In this document: positions 42,636 to 51,407 of the stretch, piece by piece
Numbering within the stretch: position 1 is the stretch's first letter
How the letters are laid out: each line of letters opens with the position of its first letter
Assembly (NCBI GenBank): GCA_023264975.1
Contig: JAHFUS010000007.1
Span: 11,948 to 75,947 of the forward strand
Length of the DNA: 64,000 nt
DNA from: Actinomycetes bacterium
GTDB taxonomy: Bacteria > Actinomycetota > Acidimicrobiia > Acidimicrobiales > GCA-2861595
Reading direction: 5' to 3'
Program-made: the position numbers and the translations under genes
The notes under the pieces: generated by a model
What the model was told of the DNA's origin: nothing
The model's database searches: none
The model's input: the letters and a program-made list of their open reading frames with translations, nothing else

Positions 42636-43883
42636 ATGGCAAGGCCGGCGCACCGGGCCACCACCGCCAACGTGGCGGGCCTCTACCCCTTCCTGGCCGG
42701 GCCGGGGCTGGGTAGCGAGGCCGCCTACGTCGGCCAGGACGGCACCTCAGCGTTCTGCTTCGACCCGTGGGCGCTGTACCCACGCTTCCTGACCAACCCC
42801 AACATCTTGGTCCTCGGGCAGCTGGGGCGGGGCAAGAGCGCCCTGGTGAAGACCATGGTGATGCGGGGTGCGCTGTTCGGCCGCCGGGCCGCGGTCCTGG
42901 ACCCCAAGGGCGAATACCACGACGTGGCCGCCGCTCTCGGCGTCGAGCTCATCCGCCTCAGCCCCGGCGGCTCGGTGCGGCTCAATCCCCTCGACGCCGG
43001 GCCGGGAGCGGCCGAGCTCGGGCCGAGAGAGGTGCAGCGCCGGCGCCTCACGCTGTTGCAGTCCATCGCCACCGCGGCGCTCAAGCGCGACCTCCGGCCC
43101 ATCGAGCGGGCCGCCTGCCGTATCGCTCTCGACGCCGTGTCGAGCGGCGATGCGGTGCCGACCCTGCCGCAGGTGGCTGCCGCCCTGATGGAGCCGGGCC
43201 AGACCGCGGCCGATGAGATCCGCACCACGCCCGACGAGCTGGCCCGGTCGAGCCACGACGTCGCCCTGGAGCTGCGCCGGCTGTGCGACGGCGACCTGGC
43301 CGGCATGTTCGATGGCCCCAGCACGGTCGACGTCGACTGGGACGGGCCGCTCGTGGTGCTCGACCTGTCCCAGATGGCCGACGACGAGGGCCTGGCCATC
43401 CTGATGGCCTGCGCCACCGCGTGGATCCAGGCGGCGGTGGCGAGGCCCGGCGCCCAGCACCGCTTCATCGTGCTCGACGAGGCGTGGCGGCTCCTCAACG
43501 ACCTCGGTACCGGGCGGTGGCTGCGATCGAGCCTGAAGCTGGCCCGCCAGTATGGGGTTGCCAACATCCTCGTCATCCACCGGCTCTCCGACCTGTTGGC
43601 GGCGGGCGACGCAGGGTCGGAGAAGCACGCGCTGGCCAGCGGGCTGTTGTCGGACACCGAGACCCGGATCATCTACGCCCAGCCCGACGGGGAGGTGGCG
43701 GAGATGGCAGCGCTGCTCGGGCTCAGCCGCTCTGACCAGGAGCACCTGGTGGACATGCAACGGGGCCACGCCATCTGGAAGGTCGGGCGTACCTCCCATC
43801 TGGTGGAGCACAGGGTCAGCGATTTCGAAAAAGCCATCACCTACACCGACCAGGCAATGGAGACGAACGCAGGGGCGGCATGA
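42636..43883 (+). CDS. VirB4-like T4SS ATPase (C-terminal P-loop domain)
   Basis: Walker A VLGQLGRGKSALVK and Walker B FIVLDEAWRLL. The downstream motif NILVIHRLSDL is consistent. Confidence 0.8.
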   Translation: MARPAHRATTANVAGLYPFLAGPGLGSEAAYVGQDGTSAFCFDPWALYPRFLTNPNILVLGQLGRGKSALVKTMVMRGALFGRRAAVLDPKGEYHDVAAALGVELIRLSPGGSVRLNPLDAGPGAAELGPREVQRRRLTLLQSIATAALKRDLRPIERAACRIALDAVSSGDAVPTLPQVAAALMEPGQTAADEIRTTPDELARSSHDVALELRRLCDGDLAGMFDGPSTVDVDWDGPLVVLDLSQMADDEGLAILMACATAWIQAAVARPGAQHRFIVLDEAWRLLNDLGTGRWLRSSLKLARQYGVANILVIHRLSDLLAAGDAGSEKHALASGLLSDTETRIIYAQPDGEVAEMAALLGLSRSDQEHLVDMQRGHAIWKVGRTSHLVEHRVSDFEKAITYTDQAMETNAGAA

Positions 43884-44164
43884 GCGAGACCAGGAAGGAA
43901 GGAACGATGGTCAAGGTCGATCGGTACCGGGTGGGGCGCAACTTCATCCGGGTGGGCGACGTCGTGAGGGTGAAGGCCGCCCCGGGGAAGCGCAACGGCT
44001 TCAAGGCGACGGTCCGCGCCATCAAGGTGGACGAACGAACCGGCCACGTGGGCGAGGTCGAAGTCTTCGGCGGGCCGGCCGGACGTGCCGCGTTTCGCAG
44101 TTTCCGACGCGAGCGGATCGAGCGGGTGGCGCAGAGCCGGAACGGCGGAGGGAGAAGGCTATGA
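43880..44164 (+). CDS. Small hypothetical protein; possible true start at ATG 43907
   Basis: ATGA overlap with the virB4 stop. An internal ATG at 43907 follows GGAAGGAAGGAA. No family recognised. Confidence 0.45.
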   Translation: MSETRKEGTMVKVDRYRVGRNFIRVGDVVRVKAAPGKRNGFKATVRAIKVDERTGHVGEVEVFGGPAGRAAFRSFRRERIERVAQSRNGGGRRL

Positions 44165-44349
44165 GAAAGGATCCGGATCGCTTCTACACGACCGAGGACG
44201 TGGCGACGATGCTGGCAGTCAGGCCGAAGACCGTACGCAAGTGGATCGAGGAGGGAGAGGTCAACGCCGTGAAGATCCGACGTCAATGGCGCATCGCGGC
44301 GTCTGAACTCGACCGCCTGTTGCGGGGGTGCAGCCGTGCTGGCCGATGA
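44161..44349 (+). CDS. xis: Excisionase-family HTH protein (Xis-like)
   Basis: FYTTEDVATMLAVRPKTVRKWIEEGEVNAVKIRRQWRI is the typical excisionase HTH_17 pattern. ATGA overlap with the upstream gene. Confidence 0.7.
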   Translation: MRKDPDRFYTTEDVATMLAVRPKTVRKWIEEGEVNAVKIRRQWRIAASELDRLLRGCSRAGR

Positions 44350-44545
44350 ACCTCTCTGGACCACCGAAGACGTGGCGCTCTACCTCCGGGTATCCGAGGC
44401 GACCGTACGGTCCTGGCAGCAATGTCGTCGGCTCCCATTCGTGAAGATCGGCGGAACGGTCCGGTTTGTTCCTGCCGAAATCCGGCAGGTCGTAGCCGAT
44501 TCCAAGGAGTTGCGGTCCAACGCCGGTATGGCGTCTCGGTTATAG
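44336..44545 (+). CDS. xis: Excisionase-family HTH protein (second copy)
   Basis: LWTTEDVALYLRVSEATVRSWQQCRRLPFVKIGGTVRF has the same pattern. GTG start overlaps the upstream gene. Confidence 0.7.
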   Translation: MLADEPLWTTEDVALYLRVSEATVRSWQQCRRLPFVKIGGTVRFVPAEIRQVVADSKELRSNAGMASRL

Positions 44546-44597
44546 GCATCTGGCGCCGAGACTTCGCTGTTCCGTGACCTGCTTGTCGACCGAGTTC

Positions 44598-45755
44598 TCA
44601 GGTGGCCTTCTCCGCTGGCAAGCGAGGTAGGCGACGAATGTTGTCTACCGATGCCTCTCGGGCCCGCCGACTCATCCGATCCCTGAGAGCTTGGCGGTCC
44701 TTCTCGAACAGATGACCGTAGACTCGGTCGATCATCCGGGTATCACCGTGGCCAAGAATCTCTGCAAGCATCCACGGGTTTGCACCCTCGGCGATGAAGA
44801 GTGACGCCGCAGTATGGCGCAGGTCGTGGGGCGTCAAGGGTGCGAGCTCTGCGAGAGATACCGCACGATTGAAATGGCGATTCCGCCAGTTGTTTGGCCG
44901 CAGGACGCCGCCATCGGGTGCGGCGAAAAGCAAAGCTCGCCGATCTGTGCCCTCGACTCGCAGTTCGATGTGTGCCGTCAGTTTCTCCAAGGCGAGGTCA
45001 GCCATAGGAACAGTTCGGAACGCCCGGTCTGACTTCGGATTCTCGAATTTGAGCTGACCATCGACGTCGGTGAGTCCTTCGTCGACGCGGATGTAGCCAT
45101 GAGCCCAGTCGACATCATCGATCCGCAACGCGCACAGTTCGCCAAGTCGAAAGCCGCCGTAGGCCGCGACGAAGATCATCGCTTCGTAGAGAGGATCAAT
45201 GTTCTGTGCGAGATGGTCAACCTCCGCCTCCGCCAGGAACCGGATCGCCTTTCGTTTCTTGCGAGCGATGGGGGGATGTTCAGGACAAGGGATCCTGGGG
45301 ATGCGTCCAGCCGTGTGCGCCGCCTTCATAACCTTCCGGAAAGTCTGATAGATGTCCTGCACGCTGGTTGGGGCGAGAGTGCCGCCCTTGACTGCCTTGC
45401 CCTCGTCGCCGAGGTCCGCGATCCACCGCTCAACGGCGGATTCAGAGATCTTGCCCAAAGGGGTACGACCCCAACGCGGGAGAACGTAGGCGTTGAGCCA
45501 GGTCACGTCTCGGGCGTAGGTCGTCCGCGCGAGCCGCTTCTGCGCGAGGGCGAAGTAGTGCTCCGCCCACTCAGCGAAGAGGAGCTTGCCTCCGGCCTCG
45601 TCCATGTAGCGGCCCTGATCGATGGCCACCTCCGTCGATCGCAGGTGACGGGCTGCATCCCGCTCGCGGGCAAAGTTCTTGCTCCGGAGCCTTCCATCAG
45701 GATCACGCCAACGAGCCCGGTACTTACCGTTCGGCTGCTTCTGCGTGTACCCCAT
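44598..45755 (-). CDS. int: Tyrosine recombinase / phage-type integrase
   Basis: N-terminus MGYTQKQPNGKYRARWRDPDGR, C-terminus HDLRHTAASL...LGHGDTRMIDRVYGHL (R-H-R-Y pattern). AGGAGG 4 nt upstream of ATG 45755. Confidence 0.9.
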   Translation of the reverse strand: MGYTQKQPNGKYRARWRDPDGRLRSKNFARERDAARHLRSTEVAIDQGRYMDEAGGKLLFAEWAEHYFALAQKRLARTTYARDVTWLNAYVLPRWGRTPLGKISESAVERWIADLGDEGKAVKGGTLAPTSVQDIYQTFRKVMKAAHTAGRIPRIPCPEHPPIARKKRKAIRFLAEAEVDHLAQNIDPLYEAMIFVAAYGGFRLGELCALRIDDVDWAHGYIRVDEGLTDVDGQLKFENPKSDRAFRTVPMADLALEKLTAHIELRVEGTDRRALLFAAPDGGVLRPNNWRNRHFNRAVSLAELAPLTPHDLRHTAASLFIAEGANPWMLAEILGHGDTRMIDRVYGHLFEKDRQALRDRMSRRAREASVDNIRRLPRLPAEKAT

Positions 45756-46189
45756 CGTGCCTCCTGGGAGAGCCACAATGGTTCTCCACCGGCGTCAGAA
45801 TCAGGACCGGCCCCGCTGCAGAAGCGGGAAGTCAAGGCGAACCCGCCGAGGCGAAGGTTCGCAGTTCAGAACCGACATGGTACCAGCCGCGGGCTATAGC
45901 GCCAGAATGCGCCAAACATACCTTATCTGCGGTCGCCGTGTCACTCGTCGGCAGCGGACGAGGATCCAGCCTCCCCCGGCCGAGAGCTTGCCAGGTGATT
46001 GGCGGCGGCTCTCGCGTCGGTCGTACGCCCGGGTCAGGCAGCCCGCACCGGGCGCCAACCTCCGCGCCTTTTTGGCTTCGCCGACCGTCTCAGAGCATTC
46101 CTGCGCCATTCCCGCGCCTTTTCGGGGGCACTCTGAGAACAGTTCTCGACGTAAAGGCCGCTACGGACTCCTGACCTGCGGTTTTGTTG

Positions 46190-46263
46190 TGGAGGTGATG
46201 GGACTTGAACCCACGACTTCTACGTTGCGAACGTAGCGCTCTACCGGACTGAGCTACACCCCC
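46190..46263 (-). tRNA. tRNA-Ala (anticodon CGC)
   Basis: Reverse complement is GGGGGTGTAGCTCAGTCCGGTAGAGCGCTACGTTCGCAACGTAGAAGTCGTGGGTTCAAGTCCCATCACCTCCA. It folds as a cloverleaf, has the G3:U70 Ala identity pair, and has anticodon loop TTCGCAA. CCA is not encoded. Confidence 0.9.
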
Positions 46264-46308
46264 GTCGGTGCTCAGGCTACCGCCGTGCCCCGGTAGCCGT
46301 GCGTCCCT

Positions 46309-46351
46309 TTGGCGGCGTCAGCGACCGGATTCCGGACGCTGACGCCGCCAA
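46309..46351 (-). terminator. Strong hairpin downstream of the translin-like gene
   Basis: Perfect 15-bp inverted repeat TTGGCGGCGTCAGCG / CGCTGACGCCGCCAA with a 13-nt loop that is itself palindromic (CCGGA-T-TCCGG). No clear U-tract. Confidence 0.5.
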
Positions 46352-46364
46352 AACCGGAGCGGCG

Positions 46365-47033
46365 TCAAGACGCCGGCGCCTCGGACGGCGGCCAGCGCTG
46401 CTCCAGGGCGGCACGCAGCCGGGACTGGATCACGGTCGTGGTCACGTCGCTGCGGCTGCGCTCGAGTACGGCCCGCAGGGCGTCGGTGGCCCGCCGCAGA
46501 CCGCCGGTGATGGCGTCGGGGTAGTCGACGGTGACCAGCAGGTCGTAGACGTCCTCCATGGCGCCGAGAAGCTGCTCACCCCGGTCCAGGTCGCCCTCCC
46601 GGATGCGGTCGAGCAGGTGGCGGCGCAGCTCTGAAGCGGCCTCCGCCAGCCCGCACAGCCAGGCCGGCACGCCGATGCCGACCTCCTTCGCTCCCGGCAG
46701 GGGTGTGCCCGCCACCAGGGCGGCGGTGAGCATCGCCTCGGCGTACTCCTTCTCGGCGTCGTGCAGGAAGCCGGCGTGGGCGACCCTCGGGTGCGGGCCC
46801 AGCGCCGTCTGCGCCTCCCGCAGCGCGTCGCGGGCCTCGGCGGTCAGCGTGCCGGCGAGGTCGTCGTCCCGGCGGTGCACGGCCCGGATGGCATTGCCGC
46901 AGGCGCGGATGGTGCGCCGGCAGGCAGCCAGGCCTCGCTCACGGGCCTGGTGGGCGGCCTCCAACTCCGCCCGCAGCGGCTCGCACAGGCTGACCAACTC
47001 GTCGCTCCGGCGATCACCCGCCTTCCCGGCCAC
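46365..47033 (-). CDS. Translin-family protein
   Basis: All-helical 222-aa protein. C-terminal ...VDYPDAITGGLRRATDALRAVLERSRSD resembles the bacterial/archaeal translin-like family. Confidence 0.5.
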   Translation of the reverse strand: MAGKAGDRRSDELVSLCEPLRAELEAAHQARERGLAACRRTIRACGNAIRAVHRRDDDLAGTLTAEARDALREAQTALGPHPRVAHAGFLHDAEKEYAEAMLTAALVAGTPLPGAKEVGIGVPAWLCGLAEAASELRRHLLDRIREGDLDRGEQLLGAMEDVYDLLVTVDYPDAITGGLRRATDALRAVLERSRSDVTTTVIQSRLRAALEQRWPPSEAPAS

Positions 47034-47049
47034 CCGGGACGGACGGGTG

Positions 47050-47562
47050 CTAGTTGGCCGAGCGGCGCAGCAGCAGGACGTTGTCCGGCTGCGCCGTCGC
47101 CGGCAGGAACCGCAGCTTCATGTCCCGCTCGGCCGAGGCGTTGCGAGCCTGGATGAGGAGGGCTACGTAGCCGGCGAAGAACAGGTCACACAGCAGGTGC
47201 AGCCCGAGGAGCGCGTGGAAGGGCGGCAGGAGGCCGAGTACCAGCGTGATGGCCATGGCGCCCAGCAGGATGAAGAGGACGTCGCGACGGCGCTTGAGGG
47301 TGCGGGCCCGGCGGGCGCCGTCACGCGAGTACGACCGGGCCATCTGGTACGTGGGCGCCGGCGTGGGCGCTGCGTAGTTCGGGATCCGTAGGGGATTGGC
47401 TGCCGCCACGACCGTTGGGCCTGTTCTGCGCAGAACGCTCAACTGGTGGCGGAAGTTGCCGATCGAATCGGCTGGCCTCAGGTCAGACCGGGCCCGCAGC
47501 ATCTGTGGGATCAGTACTGCACCCCAGATCACGGCAAGGACAAGCAGGACCACGATCGTCAA
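47050..47562 (-). CDS. Membrane protein, GlpR/SepX-like candidate; start uncertain
   Basis: N-terminal TM segment + basic motif (LAVIWGAVLIPQMLRAR) followed by FRHQLSVLRR. C-terminal two-TM region. TTG 47562 was chosen. A GTG at 47553 and an ATG at 47760 (overlapping moaC) are alternatives. Confidence 0.5.
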   Translation of the reverse strand: MTIVVLLVLAVIWGAVLIPQMLRARSDLRPADSIGNFRHQLSVLRRTGPTVVAAANPLRIPNYAAPTPAPTYQMARSYSRDGARRARTLKRRRDVLFILLGAMAITLVLGLLPPFHALLGLHLLCDLFFAGYVALLIQARNASAERDMKLRFLPATAQPDNVLLLRRSAN

Positions 47563-47714
47563 GAGCTCCTCGACCCGCTTTCGTGAACTCGGTGACCGTA
47601 ACCCCCCACGCCCCGGCGGCGGTGGATGGTCTTGGTCGAGACGTGCAGTGATCCTTGCACCTAGTCGGGGCGCGCGTCCAGCCCACGAACGGCCGTTCCC
47701 CCTCAGCGGGCCGC

Positions 47715-48221
47715 TCAGAGGGTGTGGCTGGGAGGGCCGTCGGACGGCTGGCGGCGCCATGTGCCCGCCTTGCCACCCGTCTTCTCCCACAGAGCCAGCT
47801 CGCCGATCACCATGGTGCGGTCCGACGACTTGCACATGTCGTAGATCGTCAGAGCGGCCACCGAGGCGGCCAGCAGGGCCTCCATCTCCACGCCCGTGCG
47901 GTCCACTGTCTCCACCTGGGCCTCGACCTCCACGTGGTCGTCGCCGATCGTGAAGTTCACGTAGACCGACCCGATGGTGAGTTGGTGGCACAGCGGGATG
48001 AGGTCGGGCGTGCGCTTTGCCGCCTGGATGCCCGCGACCCGGGCCACGCCGAGCACGTCACCCTTGGTGACGGCGTTGGTGGCCACCATCGAGGTGGTCT
48101 CGGGTTTCATGTACACACGGCAGCGGGCGATGGCCCGCCGGTGGGTGGGCTCCTTGGGCGTGACGTCGACCATGCGGGCCCGGCCCAGGGGATCGATGTG
48201 GGTGAGCCCACGCTCTGACAT
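47715..48221 (-). CDS. moaC: Cyclic pyranopterin monophosphate synthase
   Basis: LTHID..G.A.MVDV..K..T.R.A...V......GDVLGVARVAGIQAAKRTPDLIPLCH is the canonical MoaC pattern. Confidence 0.9.
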   Translation of the reverse strand: MSERGLTHIDPLGRARMVDVTPKEPTHRRAIARCRVYMKPETTSMVATNAVTKGDVLGVARVAGIQAAKRTPDLIPLCHQLTIGSVYVNFTIGDDHVEVEAQVETVDRTGVEMEALLAASVAALTIYDMCKSSDRTMVIGELALWEKTGGKAGTWRRQPSDGPPSHTL

Positions 48222-48246
48222 GACGGGAGTGTAGGGGCTGGAGGTT

Positions 48247-49239
48247 CTATCCGCCGATCTGGCTCATCGACCGGGCGGGGCGGGTGAATTGTACCTGGCC
48301 GATGGTGTGGCCGGCCCACTTTGTGCCCACTTCGGCCTCGATGGCGGCGGCCACGTCGCCATCCGACCCGCCGCTGCGCAGGACGGAGCGCAGGTCGGCC
48401 TCGCGCACGGCGAAGAGGCAACTGCGGAACTGCCCGTCGGCCGTGAGGCGCACCCGGTCGCAGGTCGAGCAGAAGCTCCGGGTGACGCTCGCCACCACGC
48501 CGATCTCGCCCCCGCCGTCGCGGTAGCGGAACCGCTGCGCCGGAGCGGAGCCGGGCTCGGGGACGGTCTCCAGCGGGTGGACGGCGTGGATGGTGGCGAC
48601 GATCTCGTCCTGGCTCACCACCGCGGCGCTCGTCCAGGCCCCGTCGGCGTCCAGGGGCATGAACTCGATGAAGCGCATCACCACGCCCCGGTCGCGACCG
48701 AAGGCGGCGAGGTCGAGGATCTCGTCGTCGTTCACGCCCCGCATCAGGACGCAGTTGACCTTTACGGGATCGAACCCGGCGGCGACGGCGGCGTCGACGC
48801 CGTCCAGCACCCTGTGCAGGTCGTCGCGCCGGGTGATGCCGGCGAAGCGCTCCGGCCGCAGCGAGTCCAGCGAGATGTTGACCCGCCGGAGCCCAGCCGC
48901 CCGCAGGTCGGCGGCCACCAGGGCGAGGGACACGCCGTTGGTGGTCATGGAGAGGTCGACGCCCAGGCGCGCCAGCGTCTCGACCAGGACGGCCAGGTTG
49001 GCCCGCACGGTGGGCTCGCCGCCGGTGATGCGGATGCCGTCGAAACCGAAGCGCTCGACGCAGACCCTCGCCACCCGCTCGATCTCCTCGTAGGTGAGGA
49101 TCTCCGAGCGGGGCGCCCAGTCCAGTCCGTCCGCCGGCATGCAGTAGGTGCAGCGCAGGTTGCAGCGGTCGGTGACCGAGATGCGCAGGTCGCGGACGGT
49201 GCGCCCGAAGGGGTCGACGAGAGGCGTTGGTGCGCGCAT
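48247..49239 (-). CDS. moaA: GTP 3',8-cyclase (radical SAM)
   Basis: LRISVTDRCNLRCTYCMP radical-SAM CxxxCxxC motif. C-terminal CSTCDRVRLTADG motif. Confidence 0.9.
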   Translation of the reverse strand: MRAPTPLVDPFGRTVRDLRISVTDRCNLRCTYCMPADGLDWAPRSEILTYEEIERVARVCVERFGFDGIRITGGEPTVRANLAVLVETLARLGVDLSMTTNGVSLALVAADLRAAGLRRVNISLDSLRPERFAGITRRDDLHRVLDGVDAAVAAGFDPVKVNCVLMRGVNDDEILDLAAFGRDRGVVMRFIEFMPLDADGAWTSAAVVSQDEIVATIHAVHPLETVPEPGSAPAQRFRYRDGGGEIGVVASVTRSFCSTCDRVRLTADGQFRSCLFAVREADLRSVLRSGGSDGDVAAAIEAEVGTKWAGHTIGQVQFTRPARSMSQIGG

Positions 49240-49269
49240 GGGTGTTCCCAGGCTACGGGCGCCCCGGCC

Positions 49270-50490
49270 CTATGCCAGAAGCATGACCTGCACAGTGCCG
49301 CCCTGGTCCACACCGGTGCCGTCGGGGAGGACGGCGAGGGCGTTGGCGCGGGCCATCGCCCACAGCAGGTGTGACTGCTGGGCCCCGGTCGAACGTACGT
49401 GGTAGCGGCCGTCCTCCTCGGCGGCCGCCCGCACCCGCACGAGGTGCACCTTGCCGTCCGGCCGGCGGGGCAGGGGTTCGTCTGTCACGGCGATGACACG
49501 GGGCCGATCGAGCTGCGACGGGGGATGGCCCATCATCTTCCGCAGGGCCGGCCTGGCGAACAGCTCGAAGCTCACCATCGACGACACCGGGTTGCCGGGG
49601 AGCCCGAACACCGGTGTTCCGCCGACCACTCCGAAGGCGAGCGGCTTGGCGGGCTTCACCGCCACCTGCATCCACACCATGGAGCCACCCGACAGCTCGT
49701 CGAGCACGACCTTCACGTAGTCGAAGTCGCCCACGCTCACGCCGCCGCTCGTGACGACGGCGTCGCAGGTGGCGGTACCGGCCGACAGCGCGGACCGGAT
49801 GTCGTCCTCGCTGTCGCCGCAGCGACCCAGGTCGACCGCCTCGCAGGCGGCCTCGTGCACCAGGCCGAGGAGGGTCAGGCGGTTCGAGTCACGGATCTGC
49901 CCCAGCCGCAGCGGCGAACCGTCGTCGACCAGCTCGTCGCCGGTCGACAGGACGCCCACCCGGGCCCGCCGCACCACCTCGACCGCCGTCCGCCCGGTGC
50001 TGGCCAGCACGCCCAGGTGGCCGGGGGAGAGCTGGGTCCCGGCAGGGAACACCTCCTGCCCGGCTACAAGGTCGTCGCCGGCGCGCCGCACGTGGTCGCC
50101 AGCTTGCGCCGCCACCTCGATCAGCACCGACGTGCCGCCGTCCACCGTCGACGTGCGTTCGACCATGACGATGGCGTCCGCCCCCGCCGGCATCGGCGCC
50201 CCGGTCATGATGCGCACGGCCTCGCCCGCGCCCACCGGCACGCCGGGCGCGGCGCCGGCGGCCAGTGAGCCGACCACCCGCAGGTGTACGGGCGCGCCGG
50301 CTGTGTCGGCGGCGCGGACGGCGTAGCCGTCCATGGCCGTGTTGTCGAACGGCGGCACCGGCTCGGGGGCGTCGACGGCTGCCGTCGTCACCAGGCCGAG
50401 TGCTTCGGCGAGCGTCACGGACGCGGCCGGCAGCGGGGAGCAGGCGGCGAGGACCCGGCTGCGGGCGGTCGCCAGAGGGATGAGCGCCAC
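49270..50490 (-). CDS. moeA: Molybdopterin molybdenumtransferase MoeA / gephyrin-like protein
   Basis: PPFDNTAMDGYAVRA, SGGVSVGDFDYV and LPGNPVSS motifs. GTG 50490 lies 2 nt from the galU stop. Confidence 0.85.
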   Translation of the reverse strand: MALIPLATARSRVLAACSPLPAASVTLAEALGLVTTAAVDAPEPVPPFDNTAMDGYAVRAADTAGAPVHLRVVGSLAAGAAPGVPVGAGEAVRIMTGAPMPAGADAIVMVERTSTVDGGTSVLIEVAAQAGDHVRRAGDDLVAGQEVFPAGTQLSPGHLGVLASTGRTAVEVVRRARVGVLSTGDELVDDGSPLRLGQIRDSNRLTLLGLVHEAACEAVDLGRCGDSEDDIRSALSAGTATCDAVVTSGGVSVGDFDYVKVVLDELSGGSMVWMQVAVKPAKPLAFGVVGGTPVFGLPGNPVSSMVSFELFARPALRKMMGHPPSQLDRPRVIAVTDEPLPRRPDGKVHLVRVRAAAEEDGRYHVRSTGAQQSHLLWAMARANALAVLPDGTGVDQGGTVQVMLLA

Positions 50491-50492
50491 GC

Positions 50493-51377
50493 TCAGACGA
50501 GCTTCTTGCGTTCCACCAGGTCGACGAGGAACGCCCGGAACTCGGGCCCGAGGTCCTCGCGCTGGAGGGCGAGCTCGACCGTGGCGCGCAGGTAGTCGAG
50601 CTTGTTGCCGATGTCGTATCGGCCCTCCTCGAACACGTAGCCGTAGACCGCCTGCTCCTTCAGCAGGAGGGCGATGGCGTCGGTGAGCTGCAACTCCCCG
50701 TCGGCGCCGGGGCCCACCTTGTCGATGGCGTCGAAGATCTCGGGGGTGAACACATAGCGGCCCATCACCGCCAGGTTGGACGGGGCGTCCTCGGGGGCGG
50801 GCTTCTCCACCACGCCGAGCAGGCGCACCAGTCCCTCTTCGACCGCTTCGGGCCGGGCGCATCCGTAGAACGAGATCTCCTTGCGGGCGACCTCCTTCAA
50901 CGCCACGACCGATCGGCCGTACCGGCCATGCACGCTCAGCATCTGTTCCAGGACGTCGCTCTTGTCGTCCATGATGTCGTCGCCCAGCATCACGGCGAAG
51001 GGTTCGTTGCCCACGTGTTGGCGGGCAACTCCGACGGCGTGGCCGAGGCCCTTGGCCTCGCCCTGGCGGACGTAGTGGATGTCGGCCATGTCGGCGATGG
51101 CCCGCACCTCGGCCAGCTGCTCGTGCCTGTCCTTCGCTGCCAGTTCTGCTTCCAGCTCGAAGGACCGGTCGAAATGGTCCTCGAGGGTGCGCTTACCCCG
51201 GCCGGTGATGATCAGGATGTCGCGGATGCCGGACCGGACCGCCTCCTCCACCACGTACTGGATGGCCGGCTTGTCGACGATGGGCAGCATCTCCTTCGGC
51301 TGCGACTTGGTGGCGGGAAGGAACCGGGTGCCCAGGCCTGCGGCCGGGATGACCACCTTGCGAACGACCCTCGTCAT
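50493..51377 (-). CDS. galU: UTP--glucose-1-phosphate uridylyltransferase
   Basis: KVVIPAAGLGTRFLPATKSQPKEMLPIVDKPAIQYVVEEA. ATG 51377 was chosen as the start. Confidence 0.9.
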   Translation of the reverse strand: MTRVVRKVVIPAAGLGTRFLPATKSQPKEMLPIVDKPAIQYVVEEAVRSGIRDILIITGRGKRTLEDHFDRSFELEAELAAKDRHEQLAEVRAIADMADIHYVRQGEAKGLGHAVGVARQHVGNEPFAVMLGDDIMDDKSDVLEQMLSVHGRYGRSVVALKEVARKEISFYGCARPEAVEEGLVRLLGVVEKPAPEDAPSNLAVMGRYVFTPEIFDAIDKVGPGADGELQLTDAIALLLKEQAVYGYVFEEGRYDIGNKLDYLRATVELALQREDLGPEFRAFLVDLVERKKLV

Positions 51378-51407
51378 GGCAGGATCGTAGGTCCGGGCCG
51401 TCATCCC

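Larger units (their letters stand above)
12959..46189. mobile_element. T4SS-type integrative conjugative element (ICE) next to the tRNA-Ala 3' end; left boundary uncertain
   Basis: Integrase, 2 Xis, VirD4-like T4CP, MobF relaxase, split VirB4, VirB6-like, VirB2-like, lytic transglycosylase, SSB x2, ParA-like and PrimPol, all between a degenerate tRNA-like remnant (about 12.9 kb) and tRNA-Ala (46190). No exact att direct repeat was found by eye. Confidence 0.6.

Noticed and set aside
46063-46130. Two similar short blocks (CCGCGCCTTTTTGG / CCGCGCCTTTTCGG) between int and tRNA-Ala, possibly integrase arm-type sites
   Set aside because: There are only two short imperfect copies, which is too weak to call without binding data or comparison with the distal ICE end.
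47563-47991. Upstream extension of the GlpR/SepX-like ORF (313-aa track ORF, or ATG at 47760)
   Set aside because: The extension is Arg/Gly/Pro-rich and overlaps the 3' end of moaC. The membrane protein probably starts near the first TM segment (TTG 47562 or GTG 47553).
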